DNA of 64,000 nucleotides from an uncultured Pelagibacteraceae bacterium (GCA_902574035.1 CACGMC010000003.1:42154-106153), one strand, 5' to 3'. Counted from the stretch's first letter, positions 9,513 through 20,623 are shown. The notes: generated by a model from the sequence alone, not told the origin. Made by a program: numbers and translations.

Positions 9513-10886
9513 AATAAATTTTGAAAGATCTGTATCTTTAACTAAATTTCCCAAATTCCTCTCCACAAATTCTTTGTCAACGACTATTTTTTCTCCAGCT
9601 TTATCAGTTGCATTGAAACTAATGTCATCTAAAACTTTTTCAATTATTGTATGCAATCTTCTTGCTCCAATATTTTCTATTGAAGAATTTACTTCGGTTG
9701 AAATTTTAGCAAGCATTTCAATGCCATCATCTTTAAATTCTAGATCTACATTTTCTGTTTTTAATAACGCCTTATATTGTTTGATCAAACTATTATCCGG
9801 CTCTTTCAAAATTCTAATAAAATCTTTTTCATTTAGAGCACTTAACTCCACTCTGATTGGTAGTCTTCCTTGTAATTCTGGAAGTAAATCTGACGGTTTG
9901 GCAAGTTGAAACGCACCTGAGGCAATAAATAATATATGATCAGTTTTTATTGGTCCATGTTTTGTGTTTACTGTTGTGCCTTCTATGAGTGGTAAGAGAT
10001 CTCTTTGCACACCTTCCCTTGATACATCTCCACCTACTCTATCACCTCTCGCGGAAACTTTATCAATTTCATCTAAAAAAACAATTCCGTTATCCTCTGT
10101 TGATTTTTTTGCCTCCTGTACTATCTTATCTTCCTCGATCATTTTGTCTGATTCTTGGGCAACCAAAATATCATGAGATTCTTTTACGGTCATTTTTTTC
10201 TTCTTACCTTTTTTGTTTCCCATAGACTTACCTAATATTTCACCAATATTAACCATCCCGACGTTTGCACCAGGCATACCAGGAATTTCAAAACTTGGCA
10301 TTGATGAAGTAGTATCCATAACCTCTATTTCAATCTGGTTATTATCTAAGTCACCATTCCTTAATCTTTTTCTGAAGCTTTCTCTAGTTGCTACTGAAGC
10401 TTTATTTCCAACCAACGCATCTAGAACTTTATCCTCTGCTAAGAGTTGAGCTTTTGCATGTACCTCTTTTCTCTTCTTTTCACGTTCCATTGCTATAGCT
10501 ATTTCTACAAGATCTCTAATTATTTGTTCAACGTCTCTTCCAACGTAACCGACTTCGGTAAATCTAGTAGCTTCAACTTTTATAAAAGGTGCTTCAGCTA
10601 ATTTTGATAATCTTCGAGAAATTTCTGTTTTTCCGACACCTGTGGGACCTATCATTAATATATTCTTAGGCAAAACCTCATCTTTCATTTCATCCGATAA
10701 GGCTTGTCTTCTCCACCTATTTCTCAATGCCACTGCTACAGCTTTTTTAGCCTCTGTTTGACCAATCACATATCTATCAAGCTCAGATACTATTTCTCTT
10801 GGAGATAGTGCGCTTACTCTACTTTGTTCAATCTTTTCTTTATCTTTTACTAAGTTGAGGTTTGTAACTTTTTTTGAACCCGGCAT
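9507..10886 (-). CDS. hslU: ATP-dependent protease ATPase subunit HslU
   Basis: AAA+ protein with P-loop GPTGVGKTE and the HslU I-domain. Start trimmed to MPGSKK at 10886, which leaves one nt between it and the hslV stop (10888). The ORF extension to 10943 overlaps hslV. Confidence 0.95.
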   Translation of the reverse strand: MPGSKKVTNLNLVKDKEKIEQSRVSALSPREIVSELDRYVIGQTEAKKAVAVALRNRWRRQALSDEMKDEVLPKNILMIGPTGVGKTEISRRLSKLAEAPFIKVEATRFTEVGYVGRDVEQIIRDLVEIAIAMEREKKRKEVHAKAQLLAEDKVLDALVGNKASVATRESFRKRLRNGDLDNNQIEIEVMDTTSSMPSFEIPGMPGANVGMVNIGEILGKSMGNKKGKKKKMTVKESHDILVAQESDKMIEEDKIVQEAKKSTEDNGIVFLDEIDKVSARGDRVGGDVSREGVQRDLLPLIEGTTVNTKHGPIKTDHILFIASGAFQLAKPSDLLPELQGRLPIRVELSALNEKDFIRILKEPDNSLIKQYKALLKTENVDLEFKDDGIEMLAKISTEVNSSIENIGARRLHTIIEKVLDDISFNATDKAGEKIVVDKEFVERNLGNLVKDTDLSKFIL

Positions 10887-10887
10887 T

Positions 10888-11427
10888 TTATAATTTTTCC
10901 ATTGTAATATTGTTATTTGTAAAAACACAAATCTCTGATGCAACCTTTATTGCTTTTTTTGCAATTTCCTCTGCTTTCATATCAGTTTCTATTAAAACTT
11001 TTGCAGCAGCTAAAGCATAATTGCCTCCTGATCCTATACCAATAATTCCATCTTCTGGCTCTAAAACATCTCCAGTACCCGAAATAATAAAACTTTTTTC
11101 CTTATCTGCCACTGCCATTAAAGCTTCTAATCTTCTTAAGTACTTATCGCTCCTCCAGTCTTTTGCTAACTCAACAGCAGCTCTCGAAAGATTTCCAGCG
11201 TGTTTTTCAAGCTTTGCCTCTAACCTTTCAAATAAAGTTAAAGCGTCTGCTGTGGAGCCTGCGAAACCAGCAATCACATTTCTTTTCTCAATCTTTCTGA
11301 CTTTTTTTGCCTTGCTTTTAAGAACGGTATTTCCAAGACTAACTTGGCCATCTCCGACCACTATAGTTTCATTGTCTTTTCTTAAAAGAACAATGGTTGT
11401 TCCATGCCATTTTTCAGCTGTATTCAT
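10888..11427 (-). CDS. hslV: ATP-dependent protease subunit HslV
   Basis: 179 aa with the catalytic N-terminal HGTTIV and GDGQVS motifs. Confidence 0.95.
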   Translation of the reverse strand: MNTAEKWHGTTIVLLRKDNETIVVGDGQVSLGNTVLKSKAKKVRKIEKRNVIAGFAGSTADALTLFERLEAKLEKHAGNLSRAAVELAKDWRSDKYLRRLEALMAVADKEKSFIISGTGDVLEPEDGIIGIGSGGNYALAAAKVLIETDMKAEEIAKKAIKVASEICVFTNNNITMEKL

Positions 11428-11434
11428 AGTATTC

Positions 11435-11463
11435 TATGTGGAGATTAAATTTATTTCTTCAAT
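11435..11463 (-). promoter_or_regulatory. Possible sigma32 (RpoH)-type promoter for hslVU
   Basis: The minus strand reads ATTGAA-N14-CTCCACATA, compared with the consensus CTTGAA-N13-15-CCCCATNT. The -10 ends only 7 nt before the hslV ATG. Confidence 0.3.
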
Positions 11464-11529
11464 AGATATTTTGTGTTTATTGATTAAAAGCCTAATTATA
11501 TATATATCATAAGGTTAATCGGCCATTTT

Positions 11530-12120
11530 ATGAAAAGAAAAGCGAAAATATTAAGAAAAACAAAAGAAACTAGTATTTCTGTTGCGGTCAATTTAGATGG
11601 TAAAGGCAAATATAATATTAAAACTGGAATAGGTTTTTTAGACCATATGTTAGAGCAACTATCTAAACATTCTTTGATAGATTTAGAGGTAAATGCTAAA
11701 GGTGACACTCATATTGATTTGCATCACACCACAGAAGACACTGGAATTGCTATAGGGGAAGCTATCAAAAAAGCTGCTGGCAACCGAAAGGGAATTACAA
11801 GATATGCTTCAACAATGATACCGATGGATGAAACATTAAGCCGAGTTTCCATTGATGTATCAAATAGACCTTACTTAATTTGGAAAGTAGACTTAGCTGT
11901 TGAGAAATTAGGTGAAATGGATACTGAACTTTTTAAAGAGTGGTTCCAAGCATTTTCACAATCAGCTGGAGTTACTCTACATATCGAGAATATTTACGGT
12001 GACAATAGTCACCACAAAGTTGAGTCTTGTTATAAGGGATTAGCTAGATCACTTAAGGATGCTCTAGCAATCGATAAAAGAATAAAGAATTCTATACCTT
12101 CGACAAAAGGCTCTATATAA
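11530..12120 (+). CDS. hisB: Imidazoleglycerol-phosphate dehydratase
   Basis: 196 aa with the [10 protein letters not shown] start motif and metal-binding His clusters. Confidence 0.95.
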   Translation: MKRKAKILRKTKETSISVAVNLDGKGKYNIKTGIGFLDHMLEQLSKHSLIDLEVNAKGDTHIDLHHTTEDTGIAIGEAIKKAAGNRKGITRYASTMIPMDETLSRVSIDVSNRPYLIWKVDLAVEKLGEMDTELFKEWFQAFSQSAGVTLHIENIYGDNSHHKVESCYKGLARSLKDALAIDKRIKNSIPSTKGSI

Positions 12121-12122
12121 AT

Positions 12123-12752
12123 TTGATGAACGTCACAATTGTCGACTATCAATCGGGTAATATAAGCTCAGTCATTAACTCTTTCACAGAGGTCGCTAAA
12201 GGCAAAATTAGTCTTGAGGTAACTTCAGACATAAAAAAAATTAAATCTAGCGACAAAATTGTTTTACCTGGTCAAGGTTCATTTAAAAGCTGTGTGGACT
12301 CTTTAAAAAGCATTAATGGACTAGCTGATTCTCTTAAAGAATTTGCAATAATTAAAAAAAAACCACTATTGGGAATTTGTGTAGGTTTACAAATGTTTGC
12401 TGATATAGGTTATGAAGAAGCACAAACAAAAGGACTAGGATGGATATCTGGAAAAGTTTCTAAAATTGATAATCAAAACGGAAAATTCAAACTTCCACAC
12501 ATAGGCTGGAATGAAATTGAATTACAAAAGGAAAGCAAAATATTTAAGGATATAAAAAACAAATCTCACATGTATTTTGTTCATAGCTATGAGTTTATTC
12601 CTGAAGATAAATCTGTTATTTCAGCAACAACAGATTATTCATCAAAAATTATATGTGCAGTTGAAAAAGGCAATTTATTTGGCACACAATTTCACCCTGA
12701 GAAGAGTGATAAAAATGGATTAAAAATAATTGATAACTTTTTAAGATTATAA
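12123..12752 (+). CDS. hisH: Imidazole glycerol phosphate synthase, glutaminase subunit
   Basis: 209 aa class-I amidotransferase with GICVGLQM and HSY...FHPEKS. Confidence 0.95.
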   Translation: MMNVTIVDYQSGNISSVINSFTEVAKGKISLEVTSDIKKIKSSDKIVLPGQGSFKSCVDSLKSINGLADSLKEFAIIKKKPLLGICVGLQMFADIGYEEAQTKGLGWISGKVSKIDNQNGKFKLPHIGWNEIELQKESKIFKDIKNKSHMYFVHSYEFIPEDKSVISATTDYSSKIICAVEKGNLFGTQFHPEKSDKNGLKIIDNFLRL

Positions 12753-13474
12753 TGAAAATTTTTCCCGCTATAGATATTAAAGATAAGAAATGTGTGAGAC
12801 TCATTAAAGGAGATTTTGAAAATAAAACAGAATATAAAACCTCACCAGTTGATCAAGCAGCAAAATATAAAGATCATGGTTTTAAAAACTTACATATCAT
12901 CGATTTAGACGGCGCTCTCACCGGCAAAACAGTTAATTTAGATATTATAAATGAAATAGTAAGCAAATATGATTTTAAAATTGAAATAGGTGGCGGTATT
13001 AGAAACTTAGAAAGTATTAAACAATATATTGATGCAGGGGCTGAAAAAGTGATTTTAGGAAGTGGTGCAATCAAAAATAAAGAATTTTTAAGAACAGCTT
13101 GCGCTAAATTTAAAAACCAAATCGCTTTGGGTTTAGATGCCAAAAATGGAAATCTCTCTGTATCTGGTTGGAAAGAGAATCTTGACATTAAAACTATAGA
13201 TTTTTTAAAAGAAGTTAATGAATTTGGAGTAAGCAGGATTATTTTTACAGACATTAATAGAGATGGAATGAAAACCAATCCCAATTTTGATGAGACAGTT
13301 AAAGTTGCTAAAATTTCTAATTGTCCTGTTGTTATTTCAGGTGGAGTTTCCTCAATTAATGATATTAAGAAAGCAAAAGATTTAAATAATAAAAAAATTG
13401 AAGGTATAATTGTTGGTAAAGCAATTTACGATGGTGATATTAAGCTTGAGGATTTGGCAAAAGAGATAAATTAA
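12752..13474 (+). CDS. hisA: ProFAR isomerase HisA
   Basis: 240 aa starting IFPAIDIKDKKCVRL, with a (beta/alpha)8 HisA pattern. Confidence 0.95.
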   Translation: MKIFPAIDIKDKKCVRLIKGDFENKTEYKTSPVDQAAKYKDHGFKNLHIIDLDGALTGKTVNLDIINEIVSKYDFKIEIGGGIRNLESIKQYIDAGAEKVILGSGAIKNKEFLRTACAKFKNQIALGLDAKNGNLSVSGWKENLDIKTIDFLKEVNEFGVSRIIFTDINRDGMKTNPNFDETVKVAKISNCPVVISGGVSSINDIKKAKDLNNKKIEGIIVGKAIYDGDIKLEDLAKEIN

Positions 13475-13475
13475 A

Positions 13476-13613
13476 ATGGTTGCAAAATTATCTACGATTA
13501 GACGTAAAATAAGAGATGGAGAAAAACTTGGTTTTTCAGAGAGAGCTAGAGCAGTAAATAAAGGATTGTTACCAAGTAAAGCAAAAAAAAAGAAAAAATA
13601 TGTTAAAAAATAG
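13476..13613 (+). CDS. Unannotated small ORF (45 aa, highly basic) between hisA and hisF
   Basis: Hand translation gives [45 protein letters not shown]. The ATG is 2 nt after the hisA stop and the stop is 14 nt inside hisF. It exactly fills the only large gap in an otherwise abutting operon. Confidence 0.45.
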   Translation: MVAKLSTIRRKIRDGEKLGFSERARAVNKGLLPSKAKKKKKYVKK

Positions 13614-14358
13614 AATTATACCATGTCTTGATGTTAAAAGCGGAAGAGTAGTAAAAGGAATTAACTTCGTTGAATTAAAAGATGCTGGAGATCCAGTCGA
13701 ACAAGCTAAAATTTACAGTGATGGTGGTGCTGATGAAATTTGTTTCTTAGATATTACTGCATCTAATGAAAATAGAGAAACTATCATAGATATTGTGAGA
13801 AAAACTGCAAAAGAATGTTTCGTCCCTTTAACTGTTGGAGGAGGTGTAAGAACTATTCATAATATTACTGATTTGTTGTTAGCAGGAGCAGATAAAGTTT
13901 CAATAAATACTGCAGCCGTAAAAAACATTGATTTTGTTAAAGAAGCTTCTAAAAAATTTGGATCTCAATGCATTGTTGTAGCTATAGATGCTAAAAAAGT
14001 TTCGGAAAATAAATGGGAAGTATTCACACATGGAGGAAGAAATAAAACAGGTATCAATGCTGTGGAATTTGCTAAAAAGGTAGAAGTTAGTGGAGCCGGA
14101 GAAATCCTCTTAACTTCAATGGATAAAGATGGGACTAAATCCGGTTATGATGTAGATTTATTAAAAGCAATTTCAAAAAGCACAAATATTCCCGTTATAG
14201 CATCTGGTGGAGTTGGTACATTAAATCATCTATATGATGGTATAGTTAAAGGCGGGGCAAGCGCTGTACTTGCAGCTTCTATTTTCCACTATGGCGAGTT
14301 TACAATCAAAGATACAAAAGAATATTTAAAATCAAAGAATATTCCAGTAAGGTTATAA
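13600..14358 (+). CDS. hisF: Imidazole glycerol phosphate synthase, cyclase subunit
   Basis: 252 aa with the [16 protein letters not shown] motif. Confidence 0.96.
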   Translation: MLKNRIIPCLDVKSGRVVKGINFVELKDAGDPVEQAKIYSDGGADEICFLDITASNENRETIIDIVRKTAKECFVPLTVGGGVRTIHNITDLLLAGADKVSINTAAVKNIDFVKEASKKFGSQCIVVAIDAKKVSENKWEVFTHGGRNKTGINAVEFAKKVEVSGAGEILLTSMDKDGTKSGYDVDLLKAISKSTNIPVIASGGVGTLNHLYDGIVKGGASAVLAASIFHYGEFTIKDTKEYLKSKNIPVRL

Positions 14359-14359
14359 A

Positions 14360-14632
14360 ATGCTTAAAAATTTGGAAGATTTAATAAAAACAATCAGAGA
14401 TCGAAAAAGTTCATCTTCAGATAAGTCCTATACCAATAAACTTTTAAATGATAAAAACTTATCTGTCTCCAAAGTTAAAGAAGAAGTAGCTGAGTTGATC
14501 GAGGCTGTGGAAAAAAATTCCAATAAAGTACACGAAAGCGCTGATGTGTTATATCATCTTTTGGTATATTTAGAGGCAAATAATATTAAAATTGAAGATA
14601 TAATGACTGAATTAGAAAAAAGAAAAAAATAA
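14360..14632 (+). CDS. hisE: Phosphoribosyl-ATP pyrophosphatase
   Basis: 90 aa MazG-like PRA-PH (SYTNKLL, EEVAELIEA). Last gene of the his block. Confidence 0.9.
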   Translation: MLKNLEDLIKTIRDRKSSSSDKSYTNKLLNDKNLSVSKVKEEVAELIEAVEKNSNKVHESADVLYHLLVYLEANNIKIEDIMTELEKRKK

Positions 14633-14988
14633 TGAAATACGATAGAAATAATATTTTTGCTAAAATACTAAGAGGTGAAATTCCTTGCAAAAAAATTTTC
14701 GAAAATGATCATGTTTTGTCTTTTCACGACATAAACCCGCAAAAAAAAATTCATGCACTTGTTATACCCAAAGGTGAATATATTGATTTGGATGATTTCA
14801 ATAAAAAAGCCAGTGATATGGAAATTACTGAATTTCATAAAGCTATAAGCCATGTTTCAAGCTTGTTAGGCGCTACTGATAAAGGTTATAGAGTACTTTC
14901 AAATATTGGTTCTGATGGAGGCCAAGAAGTTCCGCACTTGCATTTTCATATATTCGCAGGAGAAAAAATTGGAAAGATGGTTTTGTAG
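14632..14988 (+). CDS. HIT family (histidine triad) nucleotide hydrolase
   Basis: 118 aa with the HLHFHI histidine triad. Confidence 0.9.
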   Translation: MKYDRNNIFAKILRGEIPCKKIFENDHVLSFHDINPQKKIHALVIPKGEYIDLDDFNKKASDMEITEFHKAISHVSSLLGATDKGYRVLSNIGSDGGQEVPHLHFHIFAGEKIGKMVL

Positions 14989-14989
14989 A

Positions 14990-15499
14990 ATGAAAAAAGT
15001 CCAACGATATTTTTTAGATTACGATTTTTTAAATAGCAACAGAACTCTTGAATACAAAAAAGAAAACTCGGTTAAAATTATCTTAAACGATAAAAAAAAC
15101 TATGAGATAAATAAATTTTTCTATAAACAAATTGGCAAAGATCATTTTTGGAGAGATAGACTTGTTTGGACAGATAAACAATGGCTGAAATTTTCTTCCA
15201 ACCCACTTCTAGAAACTTGGGTACTTAAAGATAATGAGGATGAATTAATAGGTTATTATGAAATTGAAAAGCATGAGAATAAAGAATATGAACTCATAAA
15301 TATGGGAATATTGAGTAATTATAGATCCAAAGGTTTTGGATCTTATTTGTTAACACACGTTCTAAAAAAATCTTACGATAACAAAGCCGATAAGGTCTGG
15401 GTTCATACTTGTTCTCTTGATCATAAATACGCTCTTGCAAATTATTTATCAAAAGGTTTTAAAGTTTTTAAAAAAGAACAAATTGATTTTGTTGCTTAA
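14990..15499 (+). CDS. GNAT family N-acetyltransferase
   Basis: Start trimmed to MKKVQRY at 14990, 1 nt after the HIT stop. Motif A YRSKGFGSYLL; ends ...ANYLSKGFKVF. Confidence 0.75.
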   Translation: MKKVQRYFLDYDFLNSNRTLEYKKENSVKIILNDKKNYEINKFFYKQIGKDHFWRDRLVWTDKQWLKFSSNPLLETWVLKDNEDELIGYYEIEKHENKEYELINMGILSNYRSKGFGSYLLTHVLKKSYDNKADKVWVHTCSLDHKYALANYLSKGFKVFKKEQIDFVA

Positions 15500-16053
15500 C
15501 TTCTATTAGGTAGGGTAAAAATTTTTTCATCGATTATTTGATTAACAGAAGTAATTTTAATATTAAATATTATCTTATTATTATATTGATCTGATGAAAT
15601 CCATCCCGCTAACAAAAAATCTTTTTTATCAAATCTTATCAATGTTTTGCTATTGTCTTTACCAACAAAAATAATATTTAAATATTCATCGATAACAATA
15701 TTACTTTCATTTATAATATTTATTAATTCATTTTTACTAAGAATATTTAGAAAAGAAGATTTTGATAATGGATAAAAAAGTGTTTTTCCATATCTTTTTT
15801 GTGTAATTGCCATCATTTTTTTATTAATAATAACTTCTTTTTGATTTTTGTTTTCATAATTACATTTTAGTTTACTTGGAAAAACAAGAATGCATTTTCC
15901 TGTTTCTATTTTTTTATTAGTCTGCTGAGAAAAATCAAACTGTATATTATTTGTACTATTTAATTTATTTATAATTTTAGATCTCTCGCTTGCTGTAGAA
16001 TTTGTAAAAACAAAATATAAACTCAAAACAGTAATAATTTTTGAAAGTTTCAA
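15496..16053 (-). CDS. lolA: Outer-membrane lipoprotein carrier LolA
   Basis: 185 aa with a signal peptide and a LolA-like beta-rich sequence. Conserved position immediately downstream of ftsK. Confidence 0.75.
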   Translation of the reverse strand: MKLSKIITVLSLYFVFTNSTASERSKIINKLNSTNNIQFDFSQQTNKKIETGKCILVFPSKLKCNYENKNQKEVIINKKMMAITQKRYGKTLFYPLSKSSFLNILSKNELINIINESNIVIDEYLNIIFVGKDNSKTLIRFDKKDFLLAGWISSDQYNNKIIFNIKITSVNQIIDEKIFTLPNRS

Positions 16054-16055
16054 CT

Positions 16056-18131
16056 CTATAATACCTCTCGCTTGCCTACATGATTTGCTTTGCTTACTAT
16101 ACCTTTTTCCTCCATCATATCAATAATCCTGGCTGCTCTGTTATATCCAATTTGTAGTTTGCGTTGCAAAAAACTTGTTGAAGCTTTTCCTTCAGACTTA
16201 ACTATATTTATAGCTTGGTTATATAGCTCGTCTATCTCTCCCTCTGAAACGTCATCTTTATGATCTGAAATATTTGAGAGTGTAGTAATATCCTCAATAT
16301 AATCAGGTTCGCCTTGAGCACGTAAAACACTACTAATTTTTTCTATTTCTTTTTCCGAAATATATGGACCATGTATTCTTATAATTCTATTAGCAGATGA
16401 CATAAATAACATATCACCTTTTCCTAACAATTGTTCTGCGCCTTGCTCCCCAAGTATGGTTCTGCTGTCTATTTTTGAACTTACTTGAAAAGAAATTCTT
16501 GTTGGAAAGTTTGCTTTAATTGTGCCTGTTATTACATCTACACTAGGTCTTTGAGTTGCCATTATAATGTGAATTCCAGCAGCTCTTGCCATTTGAGATA
16601 ATTTTTGAATGTAATTTTCAATCTCTTTTCCAGCCACTAACATAAGATCAGACATCTCATCAACAACAACTACAATGTAAGGCATCTTTAATTTGTGCTT
16701 TTCATTATATCCATCAATGTTTCTTACTCCCACTTTGGACATGAGTTTATACCTATTGTTCATCTCTTTTACTGTCCATCCCAATGCGGAGGTAGCTTTT
16801 TTTGCATCAGTGATGACCGGTGATAATAAATGTGGTATCCCTTCATAGGCTGAAAGCTCTAACATTTTTGGGTCTATCAAAATTAATTTACAAAGCTCAG
16901 GACTCAATTTGTATAACAAAGATGTTATAATAGTATTTACACAAACAGACTTTCCAGATCCTGTTGTACCAGCAATTAATAAATGGGGCATGGATGTTAG
17001 ATCGCCTATTACAGGAACACCCGATATATTTTTTCCTAAAGCTATCGGTAATTTTAAATCACGACTTTTAAATCGCTCATTTGATATAATTTCTCTTAAA
17101 AATACACCCTCTCTATTTTCATTTGGAATTTCTATTCCCACAGTGTTTTTTCCAGGAATTATGGCCACTCTAGCTGATGTTGAACTCGTATTCCGCGCCA
17201 AGTCATCAGACAGGTTTATTATTTTTGAAACTTTTACTCCAGCAGCAGGCTCAAACTCATACAAACTTACAACTGGCCCATTATTAATTTTTTGTATAAT
17301 CCCATTAATACCAAAATCTTTTAAAATTCCCTCCATAAATTTTCCATCAGGTCTATTTTTATTCATTTCATGAGGAGATAATTTCGAATTATTTTTTTCA
17401 AGCAAATCGATTGATGGAAGTCGAAATTTTTTAGATTTCTCAACTGACTTAGGCTGTTCTCTAGAAAATAAAAAACTTTGTTGAGTTTCTGATCGCTCAT
17501 TTAATGTATTTTCATTAGCTGACTCATCACCTATATTTTCAATCACTTCATTTTTTTTATCTGAAGAAAAAGAAAATAATTTTTTTGAAATTGATTTAAA
17601 ACTAATATCTGAGCTGAGAATAAAAAATAAAATTGTTAAAGAAATTAGAGCAAAACTTGTATATTGATTTTCTATCAATGGCGTGTATTGATAAATAAAA
17701 TTAAATACTAATTCACCGACAAAACCTGAATTTCCATTATCAAGAAGCCAAAATGAATTATTAAAAGTTATATGTAAAAAAGTGCATCCAAATATCAAAT
17801 ATAAAGTTAGAAAAAATATTTTGAATACTATATTTTTTAATTCCTTCTTAACGATTAATCTTAAACCCCAAGAAATTAATGTAAGTAAAATCAAAAATGA
17901 AATTAAGCCAAAACTTTGTAATAAAAAATCTGAGATCTTGCTTCCATATATGCCCAGTAGGTTTTTTACCTTTGAGCTAGATTCACCAAATACCAACGAA
18001 GGATCAGACGGCGAATAAGTCGCGAATGAAATTGATAAGGCTATTCCTAATGAAATAAGGATTAATCCAACAAACTCAAAGGTTCGCTTTTTTAAAAAAT
18101 TTGTTAAACTATTTAAAAAGTTTGTATTCAT
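16056..18131 (-). CDS. ftsK: DNA translocase FtsK
   Basis: 691 aa with N-terminal TM helices, motor domain Walker A GTTGSGKS and a C-terminal gamma (winged-helix) domain. Confidence 0.96.
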   Translation of the reverse strand: MNTNFLNSLTNFLKKRTFEFVGLILISLGIALSISFATYSPSDPSLVFGESSSKVKNLLGIYGSKISDFLLQSFGLISFLILLTLISWGLRLIVKKELKNIVFKIFFLTLYLIFGCTFLHITFNNSFWLLDNGNSGFVGELVFNFIYQYTPLIENQYTSFALISLTILFFILSSDISFKSISKKLFSFSSDKKNEVIENIGDESANENTLNERSETQQSFLFSREQPKSVEKSKKFRLPSIDLLEKNNSKLSPHEMNKNRPDGKFMEGILKDFGINGIIQKINNGPVVSLYEFEPAAGVKVSKIINLSDDLARNTSSTSARVAIIPGKNTVGIEIPNENREGVFLREIISNERFKSRDLKLPIALGKNISGVPVIGDLTSMPHLLIAGTTGSGKSVCVNTIITSLLYKLSPELCKLILIDPKMLELSAYEGIPHLLSPVITDAKKATSALGWTVKEMNNRYKLMSKVGVRNIDGYNEKHKLKMPYIVVVVDEMSDLMLVAGKEIENYIQKLSQMARAAGIHIIMATQRPSVDVITGTIKANFPTRISFQVSSKIDSRTILGEQGAEQLLGKGDMLFMSSANRIIRIHGPYISEKEIEKISSVLRAQGEPDYIEDITTLSNISDHKDDVSEGEIDELYNQAINIVKSEGKASTSFLQRKLQIGYNRAARIIDMMEEKGIVSKANHVGKREVL

Positions 18132-18164
18132 ATCGAATCGTAATACTTACTTTTTATCATTATT

Positions 18165-19295
18165 ATGAAAAAACATAAAATATGCATTGTAGGTGGTGGT
18201 TTAACTGGCCTGATATCTGCTCTTGTTCTAAGTGAAAGAGGATTGGATATAGATTTGATACTTGAAAATAATACTTCTAAAAACAAAGATTTAAGAGTTA
18301 CAGCAATATCTGAGAAAAATATGCAATTTTTAAAATCTACGATAAAAAATATCAATTTAAAATTATTTTATCCTGTAAAAAAAATTAATCTTTTTTTTGA
18401 GAAGAATAATCAAACGAAAAATTTTCTAAATTTTGATGAAAATAAAAATTTAATGTATTTTTTTGAAAACAGATTGACCAAAGATCATTTATCTAAATTA
18501 TTGAAAAAAACCAAAATTAAAATTCAAAAAAAAACAATAAAATCAATCGATTTAGCGGAAAATAAAATCTTTACTAATTCTTCTTCAAAATCATATGATT
18601 TATTAGTTTTATGTTTGGGAGCAAACTCTCCAATCTATCAAAAGATAAGTGGCAACAGGAAAATCCAAAAAAATTATAAAGAACACTCCATAACTTGTTC
18701 TGTTAATCATCAGATTAAAAATATTGGAGCTCAACAGTTTTTTTTGAAAGAAGGACCTCTTGCAATATTACCATATAATATAAACAAGTTTTCAGTAGTA
18801 TGGAGTATTGAAGATATATATTTTATAAAAAACAAAAAAAATATTACAAGCTATTTAAAAACTAAACTAACAAATTTATTAAAAACAAATAAAATATCTT
18901 TAGGGAATATTCAAAGTTATCCTCTAAAATTATCACTAAAAAGAAACTATTATAAAAAGAATGCAATAATTTTAGGAGATGGACTGCATGTAGTTCATCC
19001 TTTAGCAGGACAAGGGTTCAATCTAATATTAAGAGATATTGAAAAATTGAATGAACTAATTTCTAACAACCTTAGATTGGGGTTAACTATAAAAGATTCG
19101 AATATTCCAAAAGATTTATCAGACAGCAGGAAACCAGAAAACTTATTAATGGGTCTAGGAATTGACACAACTAGAAAATTTTTTAAAAGTAATAAATATT
19201 TAGATCCAATAAAAGAAAACATTTTAAATAACTTTTCCAAATCAACATTACTAAAAAAAATTACTAAAAGAGTTGCAAACCTAGGTTTAAGCTAA
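18165..19295 (+). CDS. UbiH/UbiF/Coq6-family FAD-dependent ubiquinone hydroxylase
   Basis: 376 aa with the dinucleotide fold ICIVGGGLTGL and the family motif GDGLHVVHPLAGQGFNL. Confidence 0.8.
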   Translation: MKKHKICIVGGGLTGLISALVLSERGLDIDLILENNTSKNKDLRVTAISEKNMQFLKSTIKNINLKLFYPVKKINLFFEKNNQTKNFLNFDENKNLMYFFENRLTKDHLSKLLKKTKIKIQKKTIKSIDLAENKIFTNSSSKSYDLLVLCLGANSPIYQKISGNRKIQKNYKEHSITCSVNHQIKNIGAQQFFLKEGPLAILPYNINKFSVVWSIEDIYFIKNKKNITSYLKTKLTNLLKTNKISLGNIQSYPLKLSLKRNYYKKNAIILGDGLHVVHPLAGQGFNLILRDIEKLNELISNNLRLGLTIKDSNIPKDLSDSRKPENLLMGLGIDTTRKFFKSNKYLDPIKENILNNFSKSTLLKKITKRVANLGLS

Positions 19296-20623
19296 TGAAT
19301 ATTTTTGCTTTGTCTTCTGGTAGAGGTCCATGTGGTATAGCTATTATTAGAATGTCGGGACCTGATACTTTAAGTATATGCAAACTGATTTCTAAAGAAA
19401 AAAAGATTAAAGAAAATGAAATAAACCTCTGTAAATTTTTTGATCCAAAAAATGGCACTATTATTGATCCTGAAGCTTTAATCTTATGGTTTCCAAAGCC
19501 AAATAGTTTTACTGGTGACGATTTAGCAGAATTTCATGTACATGGAAGTAACGCAATTATTAGTTATTTTCTTAAAGTATTATCTAGCCAAAAAAACTGT
19601 AGAATGGCTGAACCTGGAGAATTCACTAAGCTAGCTTTTCAAAATAATAAAATTGACCTTTTAAAAGCTGAGAGTATTGGGGATCTAATACACTCTGAAA
19701 CCGAACTACAAAGAAAACAAGCAGTAAATTTAGTTAATGGCCATGCTTCCAAATATTACGATGATTTAAGATCTAAATTGATAAAGTCACTTTCTTTTAT
19801 AGAGGCTAAAATTGATTTTGCTGAGGATGACCTTCCTGAAAATGTCCTAAAAGAAGCCCATAAATCAATTAAATCGATACACAGTGATATAAGTAAAATT
19901 ATTAATGATAATAAAGTAGGTGAAAAAATCAGAGACGGATTCCGAGTATCAATTGTTGGCGAAACCAATGTTGGAAAATCATCTTTATTAAATTTATTAT
20001 CAAAAAGAGATGCAGCAATAGTCTCTGATGAAGCTGGAACAACTAGAGATGTCATAGAGACATATCTAAATTTAGATGGTTATCCAGTTATTCTCGCAGA
20101 TACAGCTGGGATCAGAGAAGCAAAAAATGATATTGAAAAAAAAGGAATATCATTAGCGTTAAGTAAATTTAAAGAGGCTGATTTAAATATTGTAGTAATT
20201 GATAATTCAAACAAAAAAATTAGCGACAAAATAAGTTCTATGATTAATAAAGACTCAATAGTTTTACTTAATAAATCTGATGTTCAAGCTAAAGAAAATC
20301 ATAAATTTGATGTAGATGCCGTACTAGCATCTGTAAAGGATAATAAAAATATTGATAAGTTAATAAATTTAATCAAAAAGAAACTTAATAAAAAATTTTC
20401 ATCTAATAACAGTGCTTTAATTACAAGAGAGAGACATAGGGTAAAGCTAAATGAGTGTTTGAAAGAGATAGATAAGTTTCTAAAGAAAGATCAAAATAAA
20501 GACTTAGAATTAGCTGCTGAGGATCTAAGAATGGCTACACGACACCTTGGTAGTATAGTTGGCAAGGTAGACGTTGAAGAAATACTTGGATCTATATTTA
20601 AGGACTTCTGTATAGGCAAATAA
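19295..20623 (+). CDS. mnmE: tRNA modification GTPase MnmE
   Basis: 442 aa with G-domain GETNVGKSS and DTAG, and the C-terminal FCIGK motif. Confidence 0.95.
   Translation: MNIFALSSGRGPCGIAIIRMSGPDTLSICKLISKEKKIKENEINLCKFFDPKNGTIIDPEALILWFPKPNSFTGDDLAEFHVHGSNAIISYFLKVLSSQKNCRMAEPGEFTKLAFQNNKIDLLKAESIGDLIHSETELQRKQAVNLVNGHASKYYDDLRSKLIKSLSFIEAKIDFAEDDLPENVLKEAHKSIKSIHSDISKIINDNKVGEKIRDGFRVSIVGETNVGKSSLLNLLSKRDAAIVSDEAGTTRDVIETYLNLDGYPVILADTAGIREAKNDIEKKGISLALSKFKEADLNIVVIDNSNKKISDKISSMINKDSIVLLNKSDVQAKENHKFDVDAVLASVKDNKNIDKLINLIKKKLNKKFSSNNSALITRERHRVKLNECLKEIDKFLKKDQNKDLELAAEDLRMATRHLGSIVGKVDVEEILGSIFKDFCIGK

Noticed and set aside
10887-10943. N-terminal extensions offered by the ORF track for hslU (to 10943), grpE (to 39396), rdgB (from 39324), nusA (from 56858), the GNAT gene (from 14906), fxsA (to 8494) and the kinase (to 34029)
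   Set aside because: The extensions overlap the upstream gene or a terminator stem and add non-conserved residues. Internal Met codons give family-typical N-termini and tidy junctions.
11021-11512. 163-aa plus-strand ORF across hslV, plus similar ORFs at 9574..10449, 12874..13284, 16909..17373, 33803..34216, 35087..35392, 37835..38116, 43235..43522, 47143..47625, 59443..60057 and 61740..62135
   Set aside because: All lie antisense within strongly supported housekeeping genes. None shows a recognisable motif. Long antisense ORFs are expected in low-GC, stop-poor antisense frames.
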